From positions 1 through 64,000 of the forward strand of contig MU058714.1 of assembly GCA_013265495.1 (NCBI GenBank): 64,000 bases of DNA. The letters are read 5' to 3'. Below, one piece after another: positions 62,253 to 64,000 of the stretch. The notes beneath the pieces are model-generated. The model made no database searches. It saw only the letters and a program-made list of their open reading frames with translations, and was not told the DNA's origin. This stretch comes from Vicugna vicugna (taxonomy: Eukaryota). A program made the position numbers and the translations under genes. Every line of letters starts with the position of its first letter. Position 1 is the stretch's first letter.

Positions 62253-62321
62253 AAAGATGATCCCAAGAGGCTCAGGGCAAGAGGGGAGGGGTGGCTTGGC
62301 TGACTGACGGCACCTCCCTGC

Positions 62322-62525
62322 CAGGGATGCCAGATTTAGCAAACAGAAGTGCAGGATGCCCAGTTACAGCCGAATATCCAAGGAACAACACATAATTTTT
62401 AGCGTGAGTATATCCCAACTATGGCACTGGTACAACTGTCACAGGGCATACTCACGCCAAAAATTACTTACTGTTTATCTGAAATTCAAGCCCAACCAAG
62501 TGTCCTGAGCTTTACCTGGGACCTA
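62322..62525. mobile_element. MER53 palindromic MITE (second copy)
   Basis: agggatgccagatttagcaaa...caggatgcccagtta...tgtttatctgaaattcaa...gtgtcctg. Confidence 0.88.
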
Positions 62526-64000
62526 CTTTTCCCATCTTCCCCCCTAAATTCCAAAGAGCCGATCTTTGCTGAAGGTGAGGCGTTAACCCTGGCTGGACGG
62601 GCAGGGTGCTCGTCGCTGGCTGCTGAACTCTACACCGGCAGCACAGTCATATTTGAACGGCCTGGCTGACACTTTTTGACAAAGAGGGGGAAAACCCAAC
62701 CTCTCCGCCTAGACAAGGAAGGCCCGACAGGCCTGCAGGCAGGCGGGTTCTTCCCGGTCTAGCCGGCTACTGCATCTGGTTCTTCGGGTCATTTTTACTC
62801 CTTTCTTTTTTTTTTCCCCATGTTGCCAGCCGTCGCCTAGGTGACTTGGGCTTTCTGACCTTAATGCATCTTAACTAATAAACCATTTTAAGGTACACTG
62901 AGCTAAAACAGAAAAATACCTAAAGATACTGGGAATTTCAAAGAGGCATGCAGACACACTTTCAAAAGCTCTAAGAACGAGAGATACTAAAACAGCTCAT
63001 CAAAAGCAAGACAAGCATGATGGCAGTGAGCCTGGACGCTAAGAGACGGCGAATCAGTCTCAGCCGGCGGGGACCCCGTGCCCGGCGGGGACGTCGGTCG
63101 GACGGCCACCCAAACCTCCTCACCAGCCCAGTCAGCGCCAAGCCCGGGGCTCCTGCCTCAGTCGGGTGCTGCAAGGCTGCCCGTGCCAGACCAGGAGGTG
63201 AACAGTCCTCTGGAGTCTGCGTTCCTCGTGGAACTAAAATCCATGCAACCAGTTTCAGAGACGATGAGGTGAGAAAAGCTCTCACCACTGCCAGATGAGG
63301 GGTTCCTGGCTTGGGCTCAAAACCCCTATTACAAAATCAAACTGCTACAGAATCGCTAGGAAGCCAGGAGCTTTCCCTCCGTCATCTGTTAATATACAGG
63401 GTTACTGGTGCCAGCAGTTTAGAAGTTAAAGTGTATCACAGCCCCACTCAGAACTCTGCCCTGTGGAAGCTCAGAAATGTAATCACAGATTTTAATTGAG
63501 AAAAACAGCTCTTGATCAAATTCCTGTGTGTGTGTTTAAGAAACAGGTAAAATTTTGTGGGGGGGGGGTGGCAAAATGAGTCTTCAATTAGCTGTGATAA
63601 AATCGGGGTACGACTGTGAACCAGGTTGTGTATTGTGAGCAGTTGTTGGGAGCAGGCGGCCTGAGTCGTTCCCGCTGAACACGGGAAAATGCCCCCTGTG
63701 GCAACAGAGATTCATTTCTCAACGAAGGAAAGGCAATGGGTAGGGGGACGAACCCCGCCCCCTATATCAGAAAAGACCCACATGTGGCCCCTAAGGTTTG
63801 GAAGAGGGTGACTGACAGCCACTCCCCAACCTCCCATCCAGACACCACACCCGCGGAAGGCGATCTTTCCCACCCAGCTTATCAGCCCTGACCTCTTCCT
63901 TCTCCCGAGGTGACCCTCCCTGTAGGTCCCTACGCTGACCTCAGCCTGTGGGCTGACCTGTGACAAGACCTGATGGGCGGAGCCATGCCACAGCCCCAGT

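Noticed and set aside
62831..62844. RFX X-box-like sequence GTCGCCTAGGTGAC (also GTTGCTAGGCATC at 36665-36677)
   Set aside because: Each has a mismatch in a conserved half-site and no supporting context.
1..64000. Hundreds of 60-290 aa ORFs in the supplied track (e.g. 25098-25970, 39026-39859, 29460-30242, 2918-3685)
   Set aside because: They overlap in all six frames, are rich in P/G/R/A/S, show no recognisable domains and often start at non-ATG codons. This is what chance gives in GC-rich mammalian DNA.

Overview
GC-rich mammalian genomic DNA, most likely a camelid (alpaca/vicuna/camel), inferred from two tRNA-Ala-derived Vic-1-type SINEs and a cetartiodactyl-type L1 3' end. I find no recognisable protein-coding exon, RNA gene or prokaryote-type system, so the window reads as intronic or intergenic. 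It contains ancient repeats (MIR, L2, L1M, MLT1/MLT2 LTRs, MER3/MER5A/MER53), a few younger insertions with target-site duplications, simple repeats and one 25-N gap. Between the repeats are several repeat-free, AT-enriched, motif-dense islands that look like conserved enhancers. The best signals are: a 20/21 REST/RE1 site, plus a zero-spacer RE1 and a degenerate RE1, suggesting a neuronal-gene regulatory domain; a MER53 hairpin with apparently compensatory changes; an exact 22-bp local copy of a diverged MER3 segment; a candidate 139-nt exon; and a higher-order minisatellite. Repeat family calls come from remembered consensus sequences, and their boundaries are approximate. I see no evidence for a new multi-gene system.
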